64,000 bases of DNA from Cypionkella sp. (GCA_046590425.1 JBKJTI010000316.1:4618-68617), one strand, 5' to 3'. Positions 10,332 to 20,167 are shown, counted from the first letter of the stretch. Notes: generated from the sequence alone by a model not told the origin. Numbers and translations: made by a program.

Positions 10332-10805
10332 CTAATTTTCAAACGGGCAGTTCGGGCCGTTCAGCTTGGCAAAGATGAGGTTTACTGCCTGATCGAGTAC
10401 CGCCTCTGGCAGCAGAAACAGCCGCCCGTCTCTTGTTTCTAAGGCGCTAACATCCGTTAAAGCGGCTCGCCCCTCGCCGACTCCGGCAATGATGGCGACA
10501 TAGCCAATCGTCTTTGGCTCGCCCCAATGGCTCCATTCCATGCCTTTCAGCGAAGTGATCGGTTTGCCTTTCTCGGCAAAGGCCTCAATCCTTCGGACAA
10601 AGTTTTCCCCAACCCGCTGCGTGCAGCCCTCACCCCCGCCAAAAATGGCTTTGTTCTCCTTGAGACCGGCGGCAAGACCTTCCTCAGAATAGTGCATCAC
10701 ACTTGTTGCAGCCATAAGGTAGGGACCATTCCCGCGTGGCGGGCCATCCGGTGTCCCAACGCAACCCATCAAAAAAAGTACAGCAAGCCACCACCCAATC
10801 CACAT
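10332..10805 (-). CDS. Hypothetical lipoprotein (orphan, atypical composition)
   Basis: Hydrophobic N-terminus ending in a lipobox-like LMGC; lower GC than flanks. Confidence 0.55.
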   Translation of the reverse strand: MWIGWWLAVLFLMGCVGTPDGPPRGNGPYLMAATSVMHYSEEGLAAGLKENKAIFGGGEGCTQRVGENFVRRIEAFAEKGKPITSLKGMEWSHWGEPKTIGYVAIIAGVGEGRAALTDVSALETRDGRLFLLPEAVLDQAVNLIFAKLNGPNCPFEN

Positions 10806-10943
10806 AGTATCCCCCAGCAATTTAACCGAGCGTAGCAGAGACCCACGCCCGCCGTCAAAACAGTGGCACCTCCGCGCCGAAGCATGTTAAACGGTTGGAA
10901 AATGTAAACCCGCCGAAATAGCGGGAATTTGAGGCGAATACGC

Positions 10944-11636
10944 ATGATCGACCAAGAGCTGCGCGACAAAATCCTCGCGGAACCTGAGGTTCTGCTGGAA
11001 GACCGCGATGTGATGAACGCCCTGATTGGCGCGAATGAGCGGTTGATGGGCAGCAATATCGTCGATCTGCGCGGCATCGCGATGGAACGGCTTGAGGGGC
11101 GGCTTGATCGCCTGGAAGACACCCACCGCACCGTCATAGCAGCCGCTTACGAAAATCTTGCCGGCACCAACCAAGTGCACCGCGCCATCCTGCAAATGAT
11201 GGACCCGCTGAGCTTCGAAGATTTCCTGAAAACCCTCGCCTCGGATGTCGCGGGCACCCTGCGCGTCGATTGTGTGCGCCTGGTGCTGGAATCGGTGCAG
11301 GATGCCGAAGACCCGGCTTTGCGCAAGCTGGGTGATGTGCTTTATGTCGCAGGGCCAGGCTTTGTCAGTGAATATATCTCGGGCGGGCGCAATGTGCCGC
11401 TGCGGCCCGTTGTGCTGCGGCAGGTGCTGCCACAGTCGGATGCTTTATATGGTGAACGCGCAGGCTGGATCCGGTCAGAAGCGCTGATGAAGCTCGATTT
11501 CGGCAAGGGCCGTTTGCCGGGGATGCTGGTTTTGGGCGCGGAAGACCCGCATCAATTCAAGCCCACCCATGGCACCGATCTGTTGGCGTTTTTCGCGGGC
11601 GTGTTTGAGCGGACGATGCGCCGCTGGCTGTCGTGA
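10944..11636 (+). CDS. DUF484 family protein
   Basis: NIVDL..., GTDLLAFFAGVFER motifs; usual position upstream of xerC. Confidence 0.88.
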   Translation: MIDQELRDKILAEPEVLLEDRDVMNALIGANERLMGSNIVDLRGIAMERLEGRLDRLEDTHRTVIAAAYENLAGTNQVHRAILQMMDPLSFEDFLKTLASDVAGTLRVDCVRLVLESVQDAEDPALRKLGDVLYVAGPGFVSEYISGGRNVPLRPVVLRQVLPQSDALYGERAGWIRSEALMKLDFGKGRLPGMLVLGAEDPHQFKPTHGTDLLAFFAGVFERTMRRWLS

Positions 11637-12559
11637 ACAGCCTTTCCATCCCTCCCGCACAGCGCGATGCGCTGGCGCGCTGGCTGGATCATCTGCGGGC
11701 TTTGGATGCAGCCGCCACCAACACGCTGACCGCCTATGCCCATGATGTCACAGGGTTTCTGGCCTTTCTGGCAGGCCATCATGGCGAGGCAGAGGGCCTT
11801 GGCGCGGTGGCGAAAATAGATCAATCCGACCTGCGCGCTTGGATGGCGCATGAACGCGGGCGCGGTGTGGCCGCGCGCAGTCTGGCCCGCGAACTCTCTG
11901 CCGTGAAGAACTTCGTCGCATGGGTGGCGGACCGCGAAGGCGTCGATGCCAGCGCGGTGCTGTCGGCCCGCGGCCCGAAATTCCGCCGCAAACTGCCGCG
12001 CCCGCTGACTGTCGATGGCGCGCGCAACATGATCTCCCAAGTCGGCGAGCAGGCTCGCGAGGATTGGATCGCCGCCCGCGATATCGCGGTGCTGACGCTG
12101 CTCTACGGCTGTGGTTTGCGGATTTCCGAGGCTTTGGGGCTGACCGGGGCCGCGCATCCGTTGCCCGACACCCTGCGCATCCTTGGCAAAGGTGGCAAAG
12201 AGCGCCTGGTCCCCACCCTGCCCGCCGCACGCGACGCTCTCGCACACTACGCCCGCCTTTGCCCCTATGATTTGACCCGCAGCGAGCCCTTGTTTCGCGG
12301 CGCGCGCGGCGGCGCGCTCAACCCGCGCCTGATCGCCTTGGTGATGGAAAAAGCCCGGATGCAGCTTGGCCTTCCCGCCAGTGCCACCCCCCATGCGATG
12401 CGCCACAGCTTTGCCACGCATCTGCTTTCGGCAGGCGGAGACCTGCGCGCCATTCAGGAATTGCTTGGCCATGCTTCCCTGTCCACCACCCAAGCCTATA
12501 CTGCCGTTGATGCCGCCCGCCTGATGGAAGTCTACGAAAAAGCGCATCCCCGCGCCTGA
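11633..12559 (+). CDS. xerC: Tyrosine recombinase XerC
   Basis: LLYGCGLRISE, GKGGKER, HAMRHSFATHLL, LGHASLSTTQAY; coupled to DUF484. Confidence 0.93.
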   Translation: MNSLSIPPAQRDALARWLDHLRALDAAATNTLTAYAHDVTGFLAFLAGHHGEAEGLGAVAKIDQSDLRAWMAHERGRGVAARSLARELSAVKNFVAWVADREGVDASAVLSARGPKFRRKLPRPLTVDGARNMISQVGEQAREDWIAARDIAVLTLLYGCGLRISEALGLTGAAHPLPDTLRILGKGGKERLVPTLPAARDALAHYARLCPYDLTRSEPLFRGARGGALNPRLIALVMEKARMQLGLPASATPHAMRHSFATHLLSAGGDLRAIQELLGHASLSTTQAYTAVDAARLMEVYEKAHPRA

Positions 12560-12607
12560 TCTACACCCAACCCTTGCCCCGAATCCCGATTTGAGCGATC
12601 ACAACGC

Positions 12608-13306
12608 ATGGATATTCGACTAAAAGCCCTTTCCGTCCACCTGCTGACCGCCACCGGCGCGGTGCTTTCGATGTTTGCGATGCTCGCGGCGGTTGAGGGG
12701 AACTGGCGGGTGATGTTCCTGTGGCTGGTGGTCGCGCTGATCGTCGATGGCATCGACGGCCCGCTTGCACGGCGCTACGACACCCCCAACAACTTTCCGA
12801 TCTATGACGGGGTGTTGATGGACCTGATCGTCGACTATCTGACCTATGTGTTCATCCCGGCTTATGCCTTGTTCAAATCCGGCATGCTGGATGGTTGGAC
12901 CGGCTGGCTTGCGATCATCGCAATCTGCTACGGATCAGTGATCTATTTCGCCGATACCCGCATGAAAACCAAGGATAAATCCTTCTCAGGCTTTCCAGCT
13001 TGCTGGAACATGGTGGTGCTGGTGCTGTTCGCGGTGGCACCCTCGCAATGGGTGATCCTGATCGCAGTGATCCTTTTGACCTCTGCGATGTTCCTCAACC
13101 TGAAATTCGTCCACCCCACCCGCACCAAACGCTGGCGCTGGATCACGCTGCCGATGTCGCTGGCTTGGGTAATCTTCGCCGGATGGGCGGCCTGGATGAA
13201 CTTTGCCGAAGGATCATTGGCGCATTGGGGGCTGGTGATCACCTCGCTCTATCTGTGCTTGGCGGGGATCGTGCAGCAGATCGTGCCGGATCGGTCGACG
13301 CATTAA
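12608..13306 (+). CDS. pcs: Phosphatidylcholine synthase (CDP-alcohol phosphotransferase)
   Basis: VHLLTATG, DGIDGPLARR..DGVLMDLIVDYLTY, FSGFPACWN. Confidence 0.88.
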   Translation: MDIRLKALSVHLLTATGAVLSMFAMLAAVEGNWRVMFLWLVVALIVDGIDGPLARRYDTPNNFPIYDGVLMDLIVDYLTYVFIPAYALFKSGMLDGWTGWLAIIAICYGSVIYFADTRMKTKDKSFSGFPACWNMVVLVLFAVAPSQWVILIAVILLTSAMFLNLKFVHPTRTKRWRWITLPMSLAWVIFAGWAAWMNFAEGSLAHWGLVITSLYLCLAGIVQQIVPDRSTH

Positions 13307-13335
13307 ATCTGGCGCGGCGCTTTTGGCCGACCAAG

Positions 13336-13378
13336 CCGGGGCCAGCCCCGGACCCCGGAGTATTTTCGCCAAGATGAA
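13336..13378. repeat. AAATACTC-family repeat with hairpin
   Basis: CCGGGGCCAGCCCCGG hairpin followed by GGAGTATTTTCGCCAAGATGAA, between convergent genes. Confidence 0.6.
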
Positions 13379-13399
13379 AATTTTAGTCAATTGTAGTGG

Positions 13400-14260
13400 T
13401 CAGAGCCTTGTGAGAATCACACCCGCCACGATCACCGCCGAGGCAATCGCCTTGCCTTTTGTCATCCGCTCGCCAAACGCCAGCCAGCCGATCAGCACCG
13501 CGAACAGGATTGAAGTTTCGCGCACTGCCGCCACCACCGCAATCGGCGCTTTCGTCATCGCCCAGACGGAAACGCCATAAGCGCCATAAGACGCCGCCGC
13601 CGCGATCATCCCCACGCCCCAAGCCTTGCGGTCACGTGGCAACACATCAAGGCCCTTGTAAGCCAGCATCCCCGTCGCAAACAGCAGACCATCTGCGACG
13701 AAAACCCAAGCCACATAGGCTATCGCATCGCCCGCCACCCGCGCGCCGTGGCCGTCGAGCATGGTGTAGCTGGCGGTGGCAACTGCCGACCCCAGCGCGA
13801 AGGGCAGCATCTTGCGATTCTCACCATTCGAGAAAATCCCCTGCGCCATCAGCAAAATCCCGCAACCGAGCACAAAAATCCCGGCATATTCGTGCAAAGT
13901 CAGCGCGTCGGCGGGCATCGCCATCGGAAACAGCATCGCCAACACCGGCCCCAGCACCGCCACGATCAACGGGGCTGAACCGCGCGCAATGGGATAGACG
14001 CGGGACAGATCGCCATGCTCATAGGCATAGGTCAGGAAGGATTTGTAAAAGAAATGCGCGCAGCCCGCCATCAGCACCCATTTCCACACTTCCGGTGCGG
14101 GCAAGGGGCAAAACGCGGCCACCGCCAAGCCAATCGGCACCTCGCCAATCGACAGGATGATCATCGCCCCCATCCGCGAGGTGCCAGTCTTGATCAGCGC
14201 GTTCCAGAGGGCGTGCAGGAAAGCCGAGCCGAGGACGGCCAGCAGAATGGCAAAGCTCAA
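13400..14260 (-). CDS. EamA/DMT family transporter
   Basis: HALWNALIK, DLSRVYPIARG, AAVRETSILFA; about 10 TM helices. Confidence 0.9.
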   Translation of the reverse strand: MSFAILLAVLGSAFLHALWNALIKTGTSRMGAMIILSIGEVPIGLAVAAFCPLPAPEVWKWVLMAGCAHFFYKSFLTYAYEHGDLSRVYPIARGSAPLIVAVLGPVLAMLFPMAMPADALTLHEYAGIFVLGCGILLMAQGIFSNGENRKMLPFALGSAVATASYTMLDGHGARVAGDAIAYVAWVFVADGLLFATGMLAYKGLDVLPRDRKAWGVGMIAAAASYGAYGVSVWAMTKAPIAVVAAVRETSILFAVLIGWLAFGERMTKGKAIASAVIVAGVILTRL

Positions 14261-14337
14261 AGTTCAATCCCGCCTTTAAGTGTTACCAAACCGTTACAGA
14301 GCGGTTGTGATTAGGCAAGCCTTGCCTGAAACTGGAC

Positions 14338-15210
14338 CTAACGTTTTCTCAGCCAGATCGAGCCGTTGTTGCGCTCCATCTGATTGGTTTTAACCCGCTC
14401 AAACCGTTCAAACATGTCGCCCTTGGTTTTCAGGCTGGGTCCAAGTTTTTGCAGGACGGCATCGTTGAAAAACAGCACCTCAAACGCATTGCCATGGGTC
14501 AGCATGGCATCCACCAGATAGACCTCGTTCCACGATCTGTTGTCGTTAAACACCCAACGCTCCGGGTATTCGAATGGGTAGAAAATGTCGTGAATATGCA
14601 CAATCACGCCCGATTTCAGTGCCGGCAGGATGTGCATGTATTCGTAATGCACATCGCTGCCGGTCTTCAACACATGCGACGAGTCGATGAACAGAATATC
14701 GCCCGCCTCCAGCGCCGCAAAGCTGTCCAGCGGCAGCGATTGCACCGGCGCTTCGATCAAACAAGAACTGTCGGGGGGGTTCAGCCCCTTGATCCGCGTC
14801 AGGTCGATGTCAATCGTGGTGAACTTTTCCAGCTTTGCATCGGGCGACCGGTCCAAAGTGTCAAACATCACCGCCGACGAATACCCCGCCCCGATTTCAA
14901 TGATCTGGCGCGGGTTCAGCCAGCGCAGCATCGCCGACAGAATAGCGGCGTCGAAATACATGAACTGCGTATTGCGGCCGTAATACCGGAATCCTTCGGT
15001 GGGTTTAATTGGAAACGGCACGACGAGTGGCGCAATCTTTTCGTAAAGTGCCTGCATTGCCGGATAATCCAACAAGGCATCCACGCGATCATATTGCCGG
15101 GCGTGATGTTCTGACTGCCAAAAGCTCTGCAATTCGGCCTGATTGCCAACCGGGCTGTAATAATGCCCCGGTTTTGCAAACAGTTTGACGCGTTGCTTTT
15201 CGTCATCCAT
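14338..15210 (-). CDS. Class I SAM-dependent methyltransferase (Methyltransf_24-like)
   Basis: IIEIGAGYSS, LFIDSSH, VHIHDIF motifs. Confidence 0.85.
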   Translation of the reverse strand: MDDEKQRVKLFAKPGHYYSPVGNQAELQSFWQSEHHARQYDRVDALLDYPAMQALYEKIAPLVVPFPIKPTEGFRYYGRNTQFMYFDAAILSAMLRWLNPRQIIEIGAGYSSAVMFDTLDRSPDAKLEKFTTIDIDLTRIKGLNPPDSSCLIEAPVQSLPLDSFAALEAGDILFIDSSHVLKTGSDVHYEYMHILPALKSGVIVHIHDIFYPFEYPERWVFNDNRSWNEVYLVDAMLTHGNAFEVLFFNDAVLQKLGPSLKTKGDMFERFERVKTNQMERNNGSIWLRKR

Positions 15211-15301
15211 CGTCGCGTCTCTCCGCTGCAGCCCTGATCTTTCACCCAGACTAGGGGCAACTTTTGCCTTGCACAACAGACACCTCTGGCCAATCCGCCA
15301 T

Positions 15302-15751
15302 TCAGATCAGCAGGCTGGCCGCACCCTCCAGTTTCAGCAGGAACACTTTGCTCTCCACCCCACCCTTGGCCGAAAACCCACCCAAGCCTTTGGCGGAAAG
15401 AATCCGGTGGCAGGGGATCAGCACCGGGATCGGATTGGCGCCGCAAGCCTGCCCGATGGCTTGCGCCGGGGCACCGATTTCCTTGGCAAGATCGCCATAT
15501 TGCCGTGTCTCGCCATAGGGAATCGCGGCCATCGCGCGGCGGACCTGTTCAGCGAAACCACTGCCAAAGTCCAAGGGCAGGTCGAACTTGATCAGGCGGC
15601 GATCAAAATAGGCAGTCAGCTGATGGATGGCTTCAATCAGCAGCGGCGACTCAGGCGGAGGTCCCGCGTGCCAATGCAGCGCCGTGATCACGCCACCCGT
15701 TTCCGTCACACTGATCGGCCCCAGCGGGCTTTGCATCCCCGCCTGCATCAC
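15302..15751 (-). CDS. ogt: Methylated-DNA--protein-cysteine methyltransferase
   Basis: IPYGET..YG and IPCHRI active site. Confidence 0.92.
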   Translation of the reverse strand: MMQAGMQSPLGPISVTETGGVITALHWHAGPPPESPLLIEAIHQLTAYFDRRLIKFDLPLDFGSGFAEQVRRAMAAIPYGETRQYGDLAKEIGAPAQAIGQACGANPIPVLIPCHRILSAKGLGGFSAKGGVESKVFLLKLEGAASLLI

Positions 15752-16623
15752 ACCACCGCCCCGCCTGAAGCCAAAGGCCGGAACGCCTCGCGCAGCATAT
15801 CAGCCAGCCCCTCTATCGCCTCAGACCCGCCGCGCGGATTGCGTTTCAGCACGACGCGGGCGCGGTCGACGATGGGAAAGCCGTCGGCATTGGTCAACTC
15901 GCGACAGCCCGGCGGGATCGTGCTGCGTGAGAGGGGTGAGATCGCAAGCCCCGTGCGCGCCGCCACCCGCAGGCTGGCCGAGGTGTCACATTCGAACGCC
16001 GCCCGCCACGGAATGCTTTGCTGATCCAAAGAGCGCAACGCGAAATCGCGGCACCAGTCAGAGCGAAAATACACCCCCACCGGGACAGGTTGTTGCAGGT
16101 GTTGCGCATGGGCGATTGACGTGACCCAGACCGTTGGGTCCAAGCAGAGCACCTCATCCCCAGAGGTATGGCTGCTGTCATAAATCACTGCCAGATCAAG
16201 ATGATCTTCATCCAGCGCCGCCTGCTGCGGGGCGGTAAAATCGCAGCGCACGGTGACTTCCACGCCGGGATGCCGCTCGGAAAACGCGGCCAAAGCGCGG
16301 GGCAGAATCGTCTCGGCATATTCATCCGGGATGCCGATCCGCACTGGGCCTGCCAGTGGTTTTTCCCGCAAAGCCGTCGCCGCTTCCTCCAGCAAACTGG
16401 TCACACGCCGCGCATAGGGCAGCAGTTGCGCCCCCCTCGGCGTCAGCACCACGCCGCGCGGCAGTCGGGTGAACAGCGGCTGTGAAAGGCTCTCCTCAAG
16501 CTTGCGGATCTGCATCGACACCGCCGATTGCGTCCGCCCGATGCGGTCCGCCGCAGCTGTGACAGAGCCAGTATCCACCACCGCCAGAAACGCCCGCATC
16601 AAATCGCTATCAAGGGGGATCAT
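15748..16623 (-). CDS. LysR family transcriptional regulator
   Basis: GSVTAAADRIGRTQSAVSMQIRKLEE HTH. Confidence 0.95.
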   Translation of the reverse strand: MIPLDSDLMRAFLAVVDTGSVTAAADRIGRTQSAVSMQIRKLEESLSQPLFTRLPRGVVLTPRGAQLLPYARRVTSLLEEAATALREKPLAGPVRIGIPDEYAETILPRALAAFSERHPGVEVTVRCDFTAPQQAALDEDHLDLAVIYDSSHTSGDEVLCLDPTVWVTSIAHAQHLQQPVPVGVYFRSDWCRDFALRSLDQQSIPWRAAFECDTSASLRVAARTGLAISPLSRSTIPPGCRELTNADGFPIVDRARVVLKRNPRGGSEAIEGLADMLREAFRPLASGGAVV

Positions 16624-16631
16624 TGCGCACT

Positions 16632-16684
16632 GCCATCTATGAAACCGATGGCTGACATAATTTCTATTCGTTTGTCTTATGTCA
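16632..16684. promoter_or_regulatory. LysR-type operator in a divergent promoter
   Basis: GCCATC-N9-GATGGC palindrome (T-N11-A core) plus TGACATAA...TTATGTCA inverted repeat. Confidence 0.6.
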
Positions 16685-16739
16685 AGGATTCGGGCAAAAC
16701 AGGCTTATCCGAAACGATCCGCCTTTGAAGGAGTCCGCC

Positions 16740-16931
16740 ATGATCCGTTCCATCCTCGCCACCCTGCGCCAGCAATACGCTTTGCGTCAGTCGATCAGCA
16801 GCATTTTGCGCCGCGCCGATGATCATTTGCTGGAGGATATTGGCCTGACCCGCAACGAAGTCCGCGCTTTGATCACCACCAGCGCGGCCCCGCAGCAGAT
16901 GTTCGAAGTCTACGCGCCGCTGCACGCCTGA
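16740..16931 (+). CDS. DUF1127 small protein
   Basis: DDHLLEDIGLTRNE motif; AAGGAG RBS; divergent from LysR. Confidence 0.85.
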   Translation: MIRSILATLRQQYALRQSISSILRRADDHLLEDIGLTRNEVRALITTSAAPQQMFEVYAPLHA

Positions 16932-16949
16932 CAGTTTCCTGACGACTTG

Positions 16950-16985
16950 ATCGGGCAGAGGTTCCAACCTTTGTCCGATTTTTTT
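16950..16985 (+). terminator. Intrinsic terminator
   Basis: ATCGGGCAGAGGTT/AACCTTTGTCCGAT stem followed by a T-tract. Confidence 0.75.
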
Positions 16986-17013
16986 ATGTCCAGAGTTTAC
17001 CGCGAAAAACAAG

Positions 17014-17078
17014 GCCGCCCCGGACTTGATCCGGGGCCTTATGGGAAGCCGGAGGCCCCGGATCAAGTCCGGGGCGGC
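17014..17078. repeat. REP-like double palindrome (CCGGACTTGATCCGG family), copy 1
   Basis: Perfect 26-bp inverted arms around a 13-nt spacer; second copy at 46881-46959. Confidence 0.9.
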
Positions 17079-17085
17079 GTGGGTT

Positions 17086-20073
17086 TTAGCCCAAAGCGTC
17101 GTTACAACGCTTACAAGTGCCGGTGTGCTTATGGCTGCCGACATCCGGCAAAATCCGCCAGCAGCGCTGGCATTTCTCGCCCTCCGCCCGCTCAAACACC
17201 ACGCCGATGCCCGGCGTATCGGGCAAACGGAACGCCTCAGCGGGTTCGGGATCGGCGGTCAGTTGCAGATCAGAGGTGATGCACAACTCGGCAAAATCCA
17301 GCGACTTCAATGCAGCCAAGATCGCGGTATCGGCAACATGCACGACCGGAGCCGCCTCAAGGCTCGCCCCAATCACCTTCGCCGTGCGCTGCACCTCCAA
17401 CGCGCCAGTCACAACGCGGCGGACCGTGCGGATACCCTCCCACTTCGCCGCGAGCACCGGGTTCAGCCATTCCGCAGGCGTTTCCGGCATATCAACCAGA
17501 TGCACCGAGGACTCCTGACCGGGAAAGCGGCACAGCCAAACCTCCTCCATCGTGAACACCAGAACCGGGGCCAGCCACGTCGTCAAACGGTGGAACACGA
17601 TGTCCAGAACCGTGCGCGCGGCGCGGCGGCGCACACTGTCCACCGGGTCGCAATACAGGCAATCCTTGCGGATATCGAAGTAGATCGCCGACAGATCTGT
17701 GGTGGCAAAGGTGAACAGCTTTTGGAACACGCCTTGGAAATCGTAGCGCGCATAACCGGCGCGCACCTCGGCGTCGAGTTCCGCCAGACGGTGCAGAACC
17801 CACTGCTCCAGTTCCGGCATATCGGTGTAAGCGACCTTCTCGGCCTCAGAGAACCCCGCCAAATTCCCCAGCAAAAACCGCATCGTGTTGCGCAGGCGGC
17901 GATAGCTGTCGGCGACACCTTTCAGGATTTCCTTACCGATGCGCAGATCGACGGTGTAATCCGACAGCGCCACCCAAAGCCGCAGAATATCCGCGCCGTA
18001 TTCGTCGATCACCGCTTGCGGCGCCACGGTATTGCCGACCGATTTGGACATTTTCATGCCCTTCTCGTCCAGAGTGAAGCCATGCGTCAGCACACCCCGG
18101 TAAGGCGCGCGACCCTTGGTGCCACAGGCTTGCAGCATAGAAGAATGGAACCAGCCGCGATGCTGGTCGGTGCCTTCCAGATACAGATCGGCGATGCCGT
18201 CGCTACTGCCATCCTCGCGGTCGCGCAGCACGAAAGCATGGGTTGAGCCGCTATCAAACCACACGTCGAGCACGTCGAACACTTGGTTATATTGCGACGG
18301 ATCGACGATGCCATGCAGCATCTTTTCCTTGAATCCCTGCACATACCAAACATCCGCGCCGTCAGCCTCGAACGCCTCTTTGATCCGCGCATTCACATCT
18401 TGATTGCGCAACAGGAAATCCGCATCGGTCGGTTTCGCGCCCACTTTGGTAAAGCAGGTCAGCGGCACACCCCAAGCGCGTTGACGGCTGAGAACCCAAT
18501 CGGGCCGCGCCTCGATCATCGAATGCAGACGGTTCCGCCCCGCAATCGGCGTCCAGGTCACCAACTGGTTGATCGAGTTCAGCGCGCGTTTGCGGATCGT
18601 CTCGCCATAGGTCGACATGCCATCGTCCAGCGGCTTGTCGATGGCAACAAACCACTGCGGCGTGTTGCGGTAGATCACCGGAGCCTTCGAGCGCCAGCTG
18701 TGCGGGTAGGAGTGTTTGACCTTACCCTTGGCGAGCAAAGCGCCTTGGGCGTGCAGCGCCTTGATATTGCTGACGTTGGCCGCGCCCTCTTTGCCCTCGG
18801 CATTGATGATGAACTGCCCGCCAAACAGCGGCAGATCGGCGCGAAAAGAACCATCCGCCTCGACATTATAGGTCATCGGCAGGCCGAATTTCAGACCCAT
18901 CTGATAGTCGTCATCGCCGTGCGAGGGCGCGGTATGGACAAACCCCGTGCCCGCGTCATCGGTGACATGATCGCCGGGGAGCATCGGGACATCGTAGTCC
19001 CACTCACCCGCACCGCCTTCGATGCCGCGATAAGGGTGGGCGAGAGTCATGGAATTTAGTACGCTACCAGAAACTGGCCGATCTTCCTTCCAAGCTTCAA
19101 TCTTGGCTGCGGTTTTTACAGCCTCAGCAAGTTTGCTTGCGACAATGATCCGTTCACCGACTTTTGCAGTGCTGTTCTGGCCGACAGCCACAACTTCGTA
19201 AACGTGGTAGTCAATACCATTGCCGTGGCCATGCGCGACTGCGCGGTTCTGCGGAATAGTCCACGGAGTCGTGGTCCAAATAACCACGCTCGCCCCAACC
19301 AAGTCCTTTCGCGTCACGTCCGTATCGGCGTTGTTGAATGCCTGCGTATCCAGCGCGGCAACGGCTTGCGCAAAGTCATCGCGGCCAACGGAAATAACCG
19401 GAAACCGCACCCAGATCGTGTGCGAGGTATGATCGTGATACTCGATCTCCGCCTCGGCCAGCGCGGTCTTCTCCACCGGCGACCACATCACCGGCTTCGA
19501 GCCCTGATACAACGACCCGTTGCTCACGAACTTCATGAACTCATCCGCGATCACCGCTTCTGCGTGGTAATCCATCGTGAGATATGGCTTTTCCCACTTC
19601 CCCGTCACGCCCAACCGTTTGAATTCCGCGCGTTGCACGTCGATCCAGCCCTCGGCAAAGCGGCGGCATTCCTGGCGGAAATCGACAATATCGACGTCGT
19701 CTTTGTTCAACCCCTTGGCGCGATATTGCTCTTCGATCTTCCACTCGATCGGCAGGCCGTGGCAATCCCAACCCGGCACATAGCGGGCATCCTTGCCCAT
19801 CATCTGCTGGCTGCGCACCACCATGTCCTTCAGGATCTTGTTCAGCGCGTGGCCGATGTGCAGGTGGCCGTTGGCGTAGGGCGGGCCGTCATGCAGGGTG
19901 AACGGCGCGCGGGCATCCGCCACGGCCTTTTCGCGCAGGCGGTCATAGACGCCGATCTTCTCCCAGCGTGCCAGCCAGTCAGGCTCGCGCGCAGGCAGGC
20001 CCGCCCGCATCGGGAAATCGGTTTCGGGCAGGAAAACGGTGGTGGAATAGTCAGCAGTCACATCAGCGCACAT
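17086..20073 (-). CDS. ileS: Isoleucine--tRNA ligase
   Basis: HDGPPYANGHLHIGH, WTTTPWT, GTGFVHTAP, KMSKS, C-terminal zinc finger. Confidence 0.98.
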   Translation of the reverse strand: MCADVTADYSTTVFLPETDFPMRAGLPAREPDWLARWEKIGVYDRLREKAVADARAPFTLHDGPPYANGHLHIGHALNKILKDMVVRSQQMMGKDARYVPGWDCHGLPIEWKIEEQYRAKGLNKDDVDIVDFRQECRRFAEGWIDVQRAEFKRLGVTGKWEKPYLTMDYHAEAVIADEFMKFVSNGSLYQGSKPVMWSPVEKTALAEAEIEYHDHTSHTIWVRFPVISVGRDDFAQAVAALDTQAFNNADTDVTRKDLVGASVVIWTTTPWTIPQNRAVAHGHGNGIDYHVYEVVAVGQNSTAKVGERIIVASKLAEAVKTAAKIEAWKEDRPVSGSVLNSMTLAHPYRGIEGGAGEWDYDVPMLPGDHVTDDAGTGFVHTAPSHGDDDYQMGLKFGLPMTYNVEADGSFRADLPLFGGQFIINAEGKEGAANVSNIKALHAQGALLAKGKVKHSYPHSWRSKAPVIYRNTPQWFVAIDKPLDDGMSTYGETIRKRALNSINQLVTWTPIAGRNRLHSMIEARPDWVLSRQRAWGVPLTCFTKVGAKPTDADFLLRNQDVNARIKEAFEADGADVWYVQGFKEKMLHGIVDPSQYNQVFDVLDVWFDSGSTHAFVLRDREDGSSDGIADLYLEGTDQHRGWFHSSMLQACGTKGRAPYRGVLTHGFTLDEKGMKMSKSVGNTVAPQAVIDEYGADILRLWVALSDYTVDLRIGKEILKGVADSYRRLRNTMRFLLGNLAGFSEAEKVAYTDMPELEQWVLHRLAELDAEVRAGYARYDFQGVFQKLFTFATTDLSAIYFDIRKDCLYCDPVDSVRRRAARTVLDIVFHRLTTWLAPVLVFTMEEVWLCRFPGQESSVHLVDMPETPAEWLNPVLAAKWEGIRTVRRVVTGALEVQRTAKVIGASLEAAPVVHVADTAILAALKSLDFAELCITSDLQLTADPEPAEAFRLPDTPGIGVVFERAEGEKCQRCWRILPDVGSHKHTGTCKRCNDALG

Positions 20074-20167
20074 CGCGGCAGTCCTTGGAAGGTGGGCCTT
20101 GGTCGCAGGCCTTAGGAATCGGGGTATCGGCGGGGTGCAATGCACCAGACTCCCGGCGTCTGAAAGC

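Noticed and set aside
11633-12559. Tyrosine recombinase as a phage or island integrase
   Set aside because: Size, motifs and coupling to DUF484 indicate housekeeping XerC; no att repeats or cargo seen
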